Assembly: GCA_043754515.1 (NCBI GenBank)
Contig: JAYUUO010000246.1
Span: 1-26,224, forward strand
DNA length: 26,224 nucleotides
Reading direction: 5' to 3'
From: Armatimonadota bacterium
Lineage (GTDB): Bacteria; Armatimonadota; Armatimonadia; Armatimonadales; Armatimonadaceae
The notes under the pieces were generated by a model. It had not been told where the DNA came from. It made no database searches and saw nothing but the letters and a program-made list of their open reading frames with translations. The position numbers and the translations under genes were made by a program. Below, piece by piece: positions 17,434 through 26,224 of this stretch (the first letter of the stretch is position 1; the number at the start of each line of letters is the position of its first letter).

Positions 17434-18090
17434 ATGAAAAGCATTCTCGCGAACTTCATCCTATTCCTCTGGCTCACGGCGGGCCTCGGGTACGTCTTCC
17501 TGGTGCTACCCCCCGGCGAAAACTTCCAGGTTCCGGAGCTGGCGCGTATCGTCGCCCTGCACCTGCCGAACGCTTACGTGGCCGTGATCGCGGCGTTTAT
17601 CGCGGGCTGGTTCGGCGTGCGCTACCTGACGAAGGGGCGGCAACCAATAGACGACATCAAGTCCTCGGCGGCGGCGGGGCTCGCGGCACTGTTCTGCCTG
17701 ATCACCACCGTCACCGGCTCGTTGTTCGCGCAGGTACAGTGGGGTTCGTTCTGGAACTGGGACCCGCGCGAAACGTCGGTTTTCCTGCTCCTCCTGATCT
17801 ACGCGGCGTATTTCGTGTTGCGCAGCGGCATTGAAGATCCCGATAAACGCGCGACCGCGGCGGCGGTGTACGTGGTGTTCGCGACCGTGATGACGCCGCT
17901 ACTCGGCTACGTCGTGCCGAAGTACATGCCGAGTCTACACCCGACCAACACGCAGTTCGACCCGTCGTATCGGATGGCTATCTACGTCGGCATCCTGCCC
18001 GGACTACTCTATTTTATGGTGCGCATATACCGCCTCACGGTACGATTCGAGTCGGTGCGCTTGCGCCGCGAGGCTCTGGAAACATTATGA
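17434..18090 (+). CDS. ccmC: Heme exporter / cytochrome c biogenesis protein CcmC
   Basis: RIVALHLP (His1), WWD motif WGSFWNWDPRET, SLHP (His2). Start chosen at ATG 17434. Confidence 0.93.
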   Translation: MKSILANFILFLWLTAGLGYVFLVLPPGENFQVPELARIVALHLPNAYVAVIAAFIAGWFGVRYLTKGRQPIDDIKSSAAAGLAALFCLITTVTGSLFAQVQWGSFWNWDPRETSVFLLLLIYAAYFVLRSGIEDPDKRATAAAVYVVFATVMTPLLGYVVPKYMPSLHPTNTQFDPSYRMAIYVGILPGLLYFMVRIYRLTVRFESVRLRREALETL

Positions 18091-18236
18091 ACACAGGTTT
18101 ACTGCCGATGCTACTCGCTGCTGTCCTGATCTGGACGGGGCTGTTTGGGTTCTTGCTCCTGCTGGAGCGGCGCGTCGGGCGTCTGGAACAGCAGACCACG
18201 TTCGACGAAGACCGGGCGGGAGGGACGATCCGATGA
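18087..18236 (+). CDS. ccmD: CcmD-like small membrane protein, 49 aa (not in ORF track)
   Basis: MNTGLLPMLLAAVLIWTGLFGFLLLLERRVGRLEQQTTFDEDRAGGTIR: one TM segment plus charged tail; ATGA overlaps with both the ccmC stop and the ccmE start. Confidence 0.85.
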   Translation: MNTGLLPMLLAAVLIWTGLFGFLLLLERRVGRLEQQTTFDEDRAGGTIR

Positions 18237-18646
18237 AGCCAGCCGGAATCGTGGGGCTACTAATTATCCTGTCCATGCTGGCGTTCGGCGCGAAGGCGTT
18301 CGTGACGAACCTGACCCCCTACGTGCCTTTCGCGCAGGCGCGTCAGACACATGGCGGCACGGTGCAGATCATGGGGCCGCTGGATAAGAACAGCATCGCG
18401 TCCACCGTCGACGGGTTGCGCTTCGACATTTTCACGAAGGACAACCCCGCCGACCGTATGACCGTGCTTTTCAAAGAGTCCAAGCCCGCGAACTTCTCGC
18501 TCGCGATTGAAGTCACGGCAATAGGACATTACGAGCCGGGCGCGACGCCCGGAAGCGGCGTTTTTCGCGCCGACCGGCTTTTAGTCAAATGCCCGTCCAA
18601 ATATCAGGGCAAAGATGCGACGGAAAAGGAATACGGGGCTAAGTAA
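18233..18646 (+). CDS. ccmE: Heme chaperone CcmE, CxxxY variant
   Basis: N-terminal TM anchor; KPANF; VFRADRLLVKCPSKY. Confidence 0.92.
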   Translation: MKPAGIVGLLIILSMLAFGAKAFVTNLTPYVPFAQARQTHGGTVQIMGPLDKNSIASTVDGLRFDIFTKDNPADRMTVLFKESKPANFSLAIEVTAIGHYEPGATPGSGVFRADRLLVKCPSKYQGKDATEKEYGAK

Positions 18647-18650
18647 TCCC

Positions 18651-21053
18651 ATGACTCTCGGATATATCTTTTTGTGGCTCGCGGTCGTCTGCACGGTGCT
18701 CGCGAACGTGATCTTCACGCTGGCAAAAAAGCCGGAGCGTGGCGACGTCCTGAAGGCGGGACAGGCGTTCGCGGTACTCGCGGCGGCGTCCGTGGTCGCG
18801 GCGGCGGGGACGCTGGTCTATCTGATCGCCGGGCACCATTTCGAGATCGGCTACGTCGCCGAATACTCGTCCCGGCGCGAGGGACAGTGGTTCCTGCTCG
18901 CGGCATTCTGGGGCGGGCAGGAGGGCAGCCTCCTGCTGTGGGGTTTCTGGACAGCCGTGCTGGGCGCGGTGCTAGCCTACCGCTCCGGCGACAAAACCGC
19001 CCGCGTCTGGCCCGTGTGGGGCGTGGTGCAGGTGTTCCTACTCGGCCTGATTCTGATCAAGTGCCCGTTCGCGCTCGGCACGGGGCCTGTCCCGGCGGAC
19101 GGCAAGGGGCTAAACCCACTCCTCGAAAATATGTGGATGGTGATCCACCCGCCGATCCTGTTCTTGGGCTTCGCGTCCACGCTGGCCCCCGCCGTCTGGA
19201 CCGTGTACGGTCTGCTTAACAAGGACTGGGACGGCTGGGCGAAGTCGGTGTTTTCGTGGACGCTGTTCTCGTTCTCGATCCTGGGTCTGGGGCTGTCGCT
19301 CGGCGGCTACTGGGCGTACGAGACACTGGGCTGGGGCGGGTTTTGGGCGTGGGACCCGGTGGAGAACTCGTCACTCGTACCCTGGCTCTTCCTGACCGCT
19401 ATGCTTCATGGCCTCCCGGTGCAACTCAAAAACGGCGGCTACAAGGTTACGAACCTGTTACTAGGCTTCCTGCCATTCGCGACCATGTTCTACGGCACCT
19501 TCCTGACCCGCACGGGGATTCTCGCGGACTTTTCCGTCCATTCGTTCTCGTCGCTCGGCAAAGACGGCTACTACCTGATGCTGACCGGCGTTTCGCTGTC
19601 GTTCGCCGTGCCCGCGCTACTGCTCCTCTGGAACGCGCGCGGGATTCCCAAGCCTCCGGCGTATGAGCGGGTCGAGACGCGCGAGTTCGGCTACTTCCTC
19701 GCCTCCATGACGCTCGGTCTGCTTGGCCTCGTGATCGCGATCGGCATGTCCGCGCCGCTCATCACCCGGCTGTGGCTGGCGAAAGGGGCGGGCGCGGAGC
19801 AGACGTTCTACAACCAGGCGACGTACCCGCTCGCCATCCTGCTCTCCGTAGCGATGGCGATCACTCCGTACCTCGCGTGGAAAGCCTCCGATATGGACGG
19901 AGTGCGCAAGCGGCTGATCCTGCCGTACGCCGGTGCTATTCTGCTCACGGCGGTCGCGGCGAGCTTCGCCTATTATCTCGGCTTGCGCCGCCCGTACCAG
20001 ATCCTACTTTTCGCTACCTCAACCTTCAGCGTACTTGCGAACGTCGCCTTGATCCTGCCACGACTACGCACGAGTGGGAGCCGGAAAACAATCGGCGGCT
20101 TCGTCGCGCACGCCGGTGCCGGCATGATCCTGGTCGGCATCTGCTCGTTGATCGTCTTCTCCAAGCACATGGACCGGGTGATGTTGATCAAAAACTTCCC
20201 GGTCGAGGTGATGGGTTTCCGCCTAACGTATCTTGGCAATACGTCGCAACCGTATGACCGCGACGCGAACGCGGTGCGGATTCGGATCGAGAAGAACGGC
20301 CGCGTGTGGGAGGGGCGACCACGCTTCTACTACGCGCAGTGGTTAAACAAGGACACCGTGTTCGCCAACCCACCCGCGATCCTGCCCAGCGTTTACAATA
20401 TCCACGGCGCACGCGATCTGCCGAAGATGCTCCCGTGGAACAACCCGTACCCGCTCGGCGATCTGTACCTGGCGTTCTCGGAAGGCCCGTTCTCGCTGGG
20501 TGACGGCAAGCAACGGCCGATCCACCCCAACAACGGCTTTTCGCTCAAAGACGGGAAGACGGCGACATTCGATCAGGACAGATACGCGTTCACGCTCCTG
20601 TCATTTACGATGGACGACGCGGCGATGGCGGCGGTACGTACAGGGAACGAAAAGGCGATGAAGGCACTTCCTCAAATTACGTTCACGGCGCAGGTCGGCG
20701 TGCTATACGGCACCCAGATGAAGGTCGTCGAGCCGCACTTCATCCTGGATCAGAAGACCGGGGCGCGTTACAGCCACCCGGTCGCGATTCCGGGCGCGGC
20801 GGGCGAGAAGGTGATGCTGAACCTGGTGCCGCCGAGCGACGAGCAGTTCAATAGCGCGGACCCGTTCGCCACGATCAACTTCCAGACGATCAACGTGCCC
20901 GATGTCACCGAGCATATCTTCGTGGACCTGTCTACAAAGCCGTTGATCGGGCTAGTCTGGACGGGGACTCTGCTCTATACGCTGGGCGGGCTGGTGGCAT
21001 ACCGACGCCGGGCGGTGGAGCAGGGGATACTGCCGGCGCGCGGGGTAGGTTAG
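18651..21053 (+). CDS. ccmF: Cytochrome c synthetase CcmF
   Basis: FWGGQEGSLLLW, GLNPLLENMWMVIHPP, WAYETLGWGGFWAWDPVENSSLVPW, TRTG...SVHSF, AHAG, KPLIGLVWTG. Start chosen at ATG 18651. Confidence 0.95.
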   Translation: MTLGYIFLWLAVVCTVLANVIFTLAKKPERGDVLKAGQAFAVLAAASVVAAAGTLVYLIAGHHFEIGYVAEYSSRREGQWFLLAAFWGGQEGSLLLWGFWTAVLGAVLAYRSGDKTARVWPVWGVVQVFLLGLILIKCPFALGTGPVPADGKGLNPLLENMWMVIHPPILFLGFASTLAPAVWTVYGLLNKDWDGWAKSVFSWTLFSFSILGLGLSLGGYWAYETLGWGGFWAWDPVENSSLVPWLFLTAMLHGLPVQLKNGGYKVTNLLLGFLPFATMFYGTFLTRTGILADFSVHSFSSLGKDGYYLMLTGVSLSFAVPALLLLWNARGIPKPPAYERVETREFGYFLASMTLGLLGLVIAIGMSAPLITRLWLAKGAGAEQTFYNQATYPLAILLSVAMAITPYLAWKASDMDGVRKRLILPYAGAILLTAVAASFAYYLGLRRPYQILLFATSTFSVLANVALILPRLRTSGSRKTIGGFVAHAGAGMILVGICSLIVFSKHMDRVMLIKNFPVEVMGFRLTYLGNTSQPYDRDANAVRIRIEKNGRVWEGRPRFYYAQWLNKDTVFANPPAILPSVYNIHGARDLPKMLPWNNPYPLGDLYLAFSEGPFSLGDGKQRPIHPNNGFSLKDGKTATFDQDRYAFTLLSFTMDDAAMAAVRTGNEKAMKALPQITFTAQVGVLYGTQMKVVEPHFILDQKTGARYSHPVAIPGAAGEKVMLNLVPPSDEQFNSADPFATINFQTINVPDVTEHIFVDLSTKPLIGLVWTGTLLYTLGGLVAYRRRAVEQGILPARGVG

Positions 21054-21065
21054 TCGGTCCAGGTA

Positions 21066-21160
21066 GTGGCGTTAACCGCGCCCGAGACCTCACCCCCCGA
21101 CCCCCTCTCCGTGCCTGAGAGGGGGTCGGGGGGTGAGGTCTCGGGCGCGGTTAACGCCAC
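21066..21160. repeat. Perfect 44-bp inverted repeat with a 7-nt loop between convergent genes
   Basis: gtggcgttaaccgcgcccgagacctcaccccccgaccccctctc (21066-21109), loop cgtgcct, exact reverse complement at 21117-21160. Confidence 0.95.
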
Positions 21161-21198
21161 GGGAGCAACGACAACAAGCCCCCCCCCGCCGCGACTGT

Positions 21199-22296
21199 TT
21201 ATTTGTTCAACGCGCTCTTCGACCCCTCGGCCTTGTTAAACGCGCCCGTCAGCCCCTCGACGGCGAACGCGTTCGCCTTCTTCGCCTTGTCTACCACCGC
21301 CGCCATGCCGAAGAACTCGTGGCTCACCCCCGCGTAGTTCATGTAGCGTACCGTCACCCCAGCATTCCGCAGGCGATCGGCGAACATCTTCCCCTCACTC
21401 ATCAGCGGATCAATGTCGTCGGTGATCACGGTCGCGGGTGGTAGGCCCGCGAGATTCGCCTTGTCGAGCGAGATCAGCGGGTTTGCGCCGTCCTTCGGGC
21501 TTTTGAGCGCGTAACGGAAGAACCACGCCATGAACGGCTTGGAAAGGGGGATCGCATCGGCGTTCGCCTTGTAAGAGGGCGTGTTGAGGTCGTAGCCCGC
21601 GATAGGGTACACGTCCATCTGGTAAATGGGCATCATCCCCTTGCGGTCCCGCGCCATCAAGCACATGGACGCGGCGAGGTTGCCGCCCGCCGACTCGCCG
21701 CCGACCGCTACCCGCTTGGGGTCGCCGCCGAAAGACGCCGTGTTCTTCATCACGTATTGCGTCGCCGCGTAGCTGTCCTCGTGGGATGCGGGGAACTTGT
21801 GTTCCGGCGCGAGGCGGTAGCCGACGGACACCACGACGCATTTAGCCGCGTTGCACAGGGCGCGGCAGGACGAGTCGTACGCCTGGATGCTACCGATGAC
21901 CCAGCCCCCGCCGTGGAAGTAGACCAGAACCGGGAAAGGACCCGTCCCCGACGGCGTATAAACACGCACCGGAATAGCCCCGGCGGGGCCGGGTACGGTC
22001 CGTTCCTCGACCTTCCCGACCGGTTCCGGCGTGGTCGGCTTGCCCTGCTTAATAAGCACTGCCTTCACGGCGTCGGGGGGGCCGGGTCGCTTCCGCACCA
22101 CATCCGGCGTGTGCTTGTAATTAGGATCCGGTGTCAGCCGGGCCAGTTCCGTCAACACCGCCTTCATTTGCGGGTCGGCCTTCTGGTCAGGCACGGGTAG
22201 CGGCTTCGGCGGCGCGGCGAGCACGGAATAAGATGATGTCGCCGTCAGAAGAGACAATGCGCCTAGCAGGGTAGGCAGAACTCGGAACGATTTCAT
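21199..22296 (-). CDS. Secreted alpha/beta hydrolase, HSL/family IV esterase
   Basis: YFHGGGW, GESAGG, DPL, HEF triad motifs; signal-peptide-like MKSFRVLPTLLGALSLLTATSSYSVLA. Start chosen at 22296 (aaggta upstream). Confidence 0.92.
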   Translation of the reverse strand: MKSFRVLPTLLGALSLLTATSSYSVLAAPPKPLPVPDQKADPQMKAVLTELARLTPDPNYKHTPDVVRKRPGPPDAVKAVLIKQGKPTTPEPVGKVEERTVPGPAGAIPVRVYTPSGTGPFPVLVYFHGGGWVIGSIQAYDSSCRALCNAAKCVVVSVGYRLAPEHKFPASHEDSYAATQYVMKNTASFGGDPKRVAVGGESAGGNLAASMCLMARDRKGMMPIYQMDVYPIAGYDLNTPSYKANADAIPLSKPFMAWFFRYALKSPKDGANPLISLDKANLAGLPPATVITDDIDPLMSEGKMFADRLRNAGVTVRYMNYAGVSHEFFGMAAVVDKAKKANAFAVEGLTGAFNKAEGSKSALNK

Positions 22297-22488
22297 GGGT
22301 ACCTTTCGCGCTCCGGTAGCCGCGCTGATCGAGCGTGCCACGAAGCGGCGACCCGCCTTTACACGCGGTCACCGAAATGGGGTTCCCGTTCCGGGTCGGG
22401 GTCAAACATAGGTCAAGTCGCGGGGCGAGTGGAACGCGGGTTCGGCGCGGCGGCGCGTGAGGCATGATTCGGCGCGCCGAACCACGCT

Positions 22489-24354
22489 TCACGCGCCCCG
22501 CTTCGTCTCCAGTTCTTCCCACCGCGTGTAAAGGCGCGTGATCTCTGCTTTCGCCTCCTCCAATGCGTCCCAAGTTTCCCGCAGTTTCACCGGGTCGGTG
22601 GCGATTGCCGGGGAGACGAGCGACGTCTCGATCTCCGCCGCCTTTGTATCGGCCTGCTCGATTTTGCCCTCGATTCGCTCCAGTTCCCGCCGCTCCGATT
22701 GGGAGAGATTTCGGAACGAGGTGTTGGGGGCGGCGTACTGGCCATTATTGGTCGGAGTAATAGCAGTGGCTTTTTGCCCCGTCGGCGCGCTCTTCGCCGC
22801 CTTCTCGGTGGCTTTGCGCCCGTTCGTCCACGTCTCCCATTGCTCGACGCCGGAGAAGAACTGCCCCCCTCCCACGCCGTCCAAAGCGAGGATCTGCGTA
22901 GAGACAGAATCGAGCAGGAAGCGGTCGTGCGTCACCAGCACTAGCACGCCGGGGAACGACATCAGGGTCTCCTCCAGCACTTCAAGCGTCGGTATATCCA
23001 GGTCGTTGGTCGGTTCATCAAGCACCAGAATATCGGCGGCTTGTAGCATCAGGCGGGCGATCAGCACGCGCGATTGCTCCCCGCCGGATAGGAAACGGAG
23101 CGGCGTATTCATCTGGTCCACCGCGAACCCGAACCGCTTCGCCCAACCGTGGATGTGAACCGGCTCGCCCCGGTACACGATAATGTCGCTGTTCGGCGAG
23201 AGCGCGTCCCGGAGCGACAGATCCAGATCGAGTGCCTCGCGGCTCTGGTCGAACCAGACGATCTTCAGATCGCCCGCCGATTTCACCGTGCCCGAATCCG
23301 GCTCTATCTGCCCGGTCAGCACCCGCAACAGCGTTGTCTTGCCGGAGCCGTTGGTGCCGAGCAGCCCCAGGCGCGACTTCGGCGTCAGCATCACGTCCAG
23401 GTTTTGGAACAGCGTCTTGCCCCCGAGCGATTTACTGATGTGCTTCGCCGAGATCAGCTCTTTCGTCTGCCGACCCGACGCGGTGAACGACACGCCCGCG
23501 ACGAAGTCGCCCGCCTTCTCGCGCCCCCGAACCTCGGCGAGTTCGGCGATCTTCTCGTGCGCGTCCTCGATCCGGCCTTTGGCCTTCGTGGTGCGGGCTT
23601 TCGCGCCGCGCCGCAACCACTCGATCTCGCGCCGCACCTGCGACGAGAGCGCGACTTGCAAGTTTTGTTGCTCGGCGCGTATCTCTTCGCGCCGCTCCAA
23701 GAACGTCCCGTAGCCGCCCTGCACGGAGATATAGCCTTCTTTATACACAGGAGACAGTTCGAGAACTCGGCTGGAGATATTCTCCAGAAAAGCGCGGTCG
23801 TGCGTAATGCAGGCGAACGCGAACTTCGACGGCGTTTCGGTCAGGAGCGATTCGAGCCACATCACCCCTTCGAGATCGAGGTGGTTCGTTGGCTCGTCGA
23901 GCAGGAGCAGTTCCGGCTCGCGGACGATGGCGCGGGCGAGCGAGAGTCGCTTACGCCAGCCGCCCGAAAGCGTCGCCGCTTCCTTGTCCCGGTCCTCGTC
24001 CGTAAACCCGAACTTCTCCAGGATGCGGTCAACGTGCCGGTCACGCTCGTCGAGATCATTCGCGATGGCCATCCCGGCGAGTGCCTTGTGGAGAGCCGAA
24101 AGCACGGTCGCGCCGGGCGCGAAGACTTCCGACTGCGGCACATACGCGACGGAAAGGTTGCGTCGCGCCGAGACGGATCCCGCGTCTGCGGTCTCCATCC
24201 CGGCGAATATCTGGAGCAGGGTGGACTTGCCCGCGCCGTTCGGCCCGATGATGCCGAGCCGCTCGTCCTCATCAATGCCGAGGGAGATGCCGGAGAACAG
24301 CTTGCGGGTGCCGTACGCTTTGGTGAGATTCTGACAGGAAATAAGAGTAGCCAT
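22489..24354 (-). CDS. uup: ABC-F family ATPase, Uup-like
   Basis: Two ABC domains (GPNGAGKST/LSGG/DEPTNHLD; GTNGSGKTT/LSGGE/DEPTNDLD); linker EIEWLRRGAKARTTKAKGRI; C-terminal coiled coil ending LYTRWEELE; no TM segments. Confidence 0.9.
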   Translation of the reverse strand: MATLISCQNLTKAYGTRKLFSGISLGIDEDERLGIIGPNGAGKSTLLQIFAGMETADAGSVSARRNLSVAYVPQSEVFAPGATVLSALHKALAGMAIANDLDERDRHVDRILEKFGFTDEDRDKEAATLSGGWRKRLSLARAIVREPELLLLDEPTNHLDLEGVMWLESLLTETPSKFAFACITHDRAFLENISSRVLELSPVYKEGYISVQGGYGTFLERREEIRAEQQNLQVALSSQVRREIEWLRRGAKARTTKAKGRIEDAHEKIAELAEVRGREKAGDFVAGVSFTASGRQTKELISAKHISKSLGGKTLFQNLDVMLTPKSRLGLLGTNGSGKTTLLRVLTGQIEPDSGTVKSAGDLKIVWFDQSREALDLDLSLRDALSPNSDIIVYRGEPVHIHGWAKRFGFAVDQMNTPLRFLSGGEQSRVLIARLMLQAADILVLDEPTNDLDIPTLEVLEETLMSFPGVLVLVTHDRFLLDSVSTQILALDGVGGGQFFSGVEQWETWTNGRKATEKAAKSAPTGQKATAITPTNNGQYAAPNTSFRNLSQSERRELERIEGKIEQADTKAAEIETSLVSPAIATDPVKLRETWDALEEAKAEITRLYTRWEELETKRGA

Positions 24355-24492
24355 AGGTAAATACGGCTACCAGTATATCGCGCGGGGGAGCGGTTCGGGG
24401 TTTTTCTTGGCAGGTGTTTTGGGGCGACTCCCCCGTGTCAGGCGCGTCGGTGCCGACGGCATCCCAGGCCGACCTCGCCTACAAGCATCAGT

Positions 24493-25345
24493 CTATTCGC
24501 GGCGGCGGGCGGCAACAACCGCGCCGAAGACGCTGAGCGCGGGCAGGAGCAGGGCGAGCGTTCCGGCTTCGGGAACGACCACGGGCGCGGCGAAGGCGAA
24601 CTGGCGTTGCGCCGTGTTCGCTGGTGCCGGACCGTTATTGTTGTCGTCGTTGCGGATGTAAAGATCGTATGTCTTTGCCGCGCCGCCAAACGTGCCGGAG
24701 ATTTTGAAGAAGTCGGCGTAGATGCCATACGGATTGCTGTTACCATAGGACTGATACGCGAATGTCAGATTTGTACCGATAAAGGTCGTTTTTGCAGCCG
24801 TGTTCATCAGCAGGAAACCCTTGGCGAAGGTTCCGCCGCTGATGGTGGTAGTGCTGGAGTCGTAGCCGTAGGAAAAGTTCGCGCTCCCGCCGCTGATGTT
24901 CGCCGTGCTGGAATCGAAGGACTGGATATACGCCACGTTGCCGTTGCTGATGTTCGTCGTGCCGGTGTTGAAGGTAAAAGCACTGATTAGGCTTCCGCCG
25001 CTGATATTTGTCGTGCTGGCGTTATTCGTCCGGGTAGTGGTCAGGGTTCCGCCGCTGATGTTCGCCGTGCTGGTGTTGTAGGTGCGGGATTCGGCGGCGA
25101 GCGCGCCGTCGAGCACGTTCAACGTGGCGACATACGGAACGCCACTGCTGTTCGTTTGGGAACTACTACTTGTCCAAACCGACATTGAGATTTCCGATTC
25201 GGTAGGCGGCGTTGTTCATGGTAGAGGAACCACTGGTCAGATACAGGTCGAGCGCGTGCGCGGCGGGAGCGGGGACGCAAACGGTTAGTGCAACAACGAC
25301 AAGGGTTGCGGCGGCGGGGATGATGCGGGCAATTGAAAAACTCAT
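24493..25345 (-). pseudogene. PEP-CTERM-type surface protein with 18-aa repeats, split by a +1 frameshift near 25170
   Basis: 25345-25166 encodes signal peptide MSFSIARIIPAAATLVVVALTVCVPAPAAHA|LDLY...NVGLDK*. The second frame (ORF 25185-24493) carries the repeats and ends VVVPEAGTLALLLPALSVFGAVVAARRRE. Confidence 0.8.
24830..25078 (-). repeat. Five 54-nt (18-aa) coding repeats, xxSTxNISGG
   Basis: NTSTANISGGTLTTTRTN / NASTTNISGGSLISAFTF / NTGTTNISNGNVAYIQSF / DSSTANISGGSANFSYGY / DSSTTTISGG; ccgccgctgatgttcgccgtgctgg recurs at 24887 and 25049 (3x54 apart). Confidence 0.85.
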
Positions 25346-25516
25346 GATGAATCTTCTCTCTGTCGTAACGTCGGGCTTGGCTGTGTTGCCAGTGGCACGA
25401 ATAGTGGCACGGGCAGTTTCTGCGTCGCCACCGGCGTTTCCTGCCTTTTTCGTGCTCGTGTTGATTTATTTCGGGGCGAGAATGATGGTGGCGGGAGCGT
25501 CGTGTCCGCGCCCATA

Positions 25517-26134
25517 TCAGGCGAAGACGCGGGACAGGTCGGCGATGAAGCCGGGCAATTCGGGTTCGCCGGAAACACTCGCGGGGTCGGTCAGGGTTTG
25601 CACGGGAACGCTGGGGCGGTAAACCAACACGGCGCGGCTTTTGCGGTCAACGAGCCAGCCGAGACGCGCCCCTGAGTCGCTGTACTCCTCCATCTTCGCC
25701 TTCGCTTCTCCGACGCGGTCCGACGGCGACATGACCTCTACTACGAAGTCGGGGCACAGGTGCGGGTAGGGAGTTCGCTTGTCGGCGGGGAGCGCGTCCC
25801 ATCGGGCTTGAGACACCCAGGACGCATCGGGAGCGCGGATCGCCCCGTTCGGCAACAGGAACCCGGCACTCGCGCCGAATGTGATTCCCGGTTTGGTTAA
25901 GGCACTGTTCCACTTCTCAATGTCGAATATGAGGAGACTTCCCCGGCTGTCAGTCCATGCTTCGGCGGGCGGCATCAGATGTAGGCTTCCTTTCGCGGTG
26001 CGCTCCGCGCTGATTAGCGGGTTCCGCTGGCAGAACTCGTAAAACTGTTCATCCGTTACGGGCGGCAGGGCGAGGGTGCCTTGCGTCTCGTCGAAGAGTA
26101 GCGGCAATTTGCCCAGTTCGATAACCATGCTCAT
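25517..26134 (-). CDS. Uma2 (DUF820) family endonuclease
   Basis: ERTAKGSLHLMPP, GFLLPNGAIRAPDASWV, CPDFVVEVMSPSD, KMEEY..GARLGWLVD. Start chosen at ATG 26134 (gaagga RBS). Confidence 0.93.
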   Translation of the reverse strand: MSMVIELGKLPLLFDETQGTLALPPVTDEQFYEFCQRNPLISAERTAKGSLHLMPPAEAWTDSRGSLLIFDIEKWNSALTKPGITFGASAGFLLPNGAIRAPDASWVSQARWDALPADKRTPYPHLCPDFVVEVMSPSDRVGEAKAKMEEYSDSGARLGWLVDRKSRAVLVYRPSVPVQTLTDPASVSGEPELPGFIADLSRVFA

Positions 26135-26224
26135 GAGATGCGTTCCTTCGCCGCTCAGTATACCGTTTTTGCCGATCACGGCGGGTTTCGGGCGGCAGGG
26201 CGTCCCCGCTCGCGAGCGGGCACC

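Noticed and set aside
18555..18569. 15-nt identity (gcggcgtttttcgcg) between ccmE and the Rhs micro-insertion
   Set aside because: In ccmE it encodes the conserved GxFxA segment; a post hoc match in GC-rich DNA that is probably chance.
22467..22480. 14-bp palindrome ttcggcgcgccgaa downstream of uup
   Set aside because: No loop or U-tract and GC-rich; no function can be supported.
24830..25078. Regularly spaced repeats as a CRISPR array
   Set aside because: 54-nt in-frame period with codon-level variation inside a protein; no cas genes.
25517..26134. Uma2 nuclease as a defence system
   Set aside because: A stand-alone member of a commonly expanded family, with no partner genes visible in the window.

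Overview
GC-rich bacterial window. The gene content (DUF1559/H-X9-DG prepilin-like protein beside a GntR-LacI regulator, a BTAD-STAND-TPR regulator, an Rhs core of the GFGGQWGYY type, PEP-CTERM, Uma2) suggests Armatimonadota; this is inference only. From left to right: (1) a 150-bp aroA fragment that stops abruptly, then an AT-rich stretch with a 35-aa ORF and a promoter/hairpin/terminator unit resembling an sRNA; (2) a minus-strand DUF1559-lipoprotein-GntR cassette with a near-consensus sigma70 promoter and a palindromic operator; (3) an orphan ORF downstream of a SARP/STAND/TPR regulator; (4) a geranylgeranyl-reductase-family flavoprotein; (5) a decayed island: RHH-like gene, HNH remnant fused in frame to an Rhs remnant with a caspase-like C-terminal domain, and an IS5/ISL2 element with intact 19-bp inverted repeats, where several lesions are 21-31-nt hairpin insertions; (6) GNAT, GH52 beta-xylosidase, Nudix hydrolase and a bacterial translin/TRAX homologue; (7) a ccmABCDEF operon of the CxxxY-CcmE (System I*) type, followed by a perfect 44-bp inverted repeat; (8) a secreted HSL-family esterase, ABC-F Uup, a frameshifted PEP-CTERM repeat protein and a Uma2 nuclease. 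All family assignments come from recognising motifs by eye; no database search was run.
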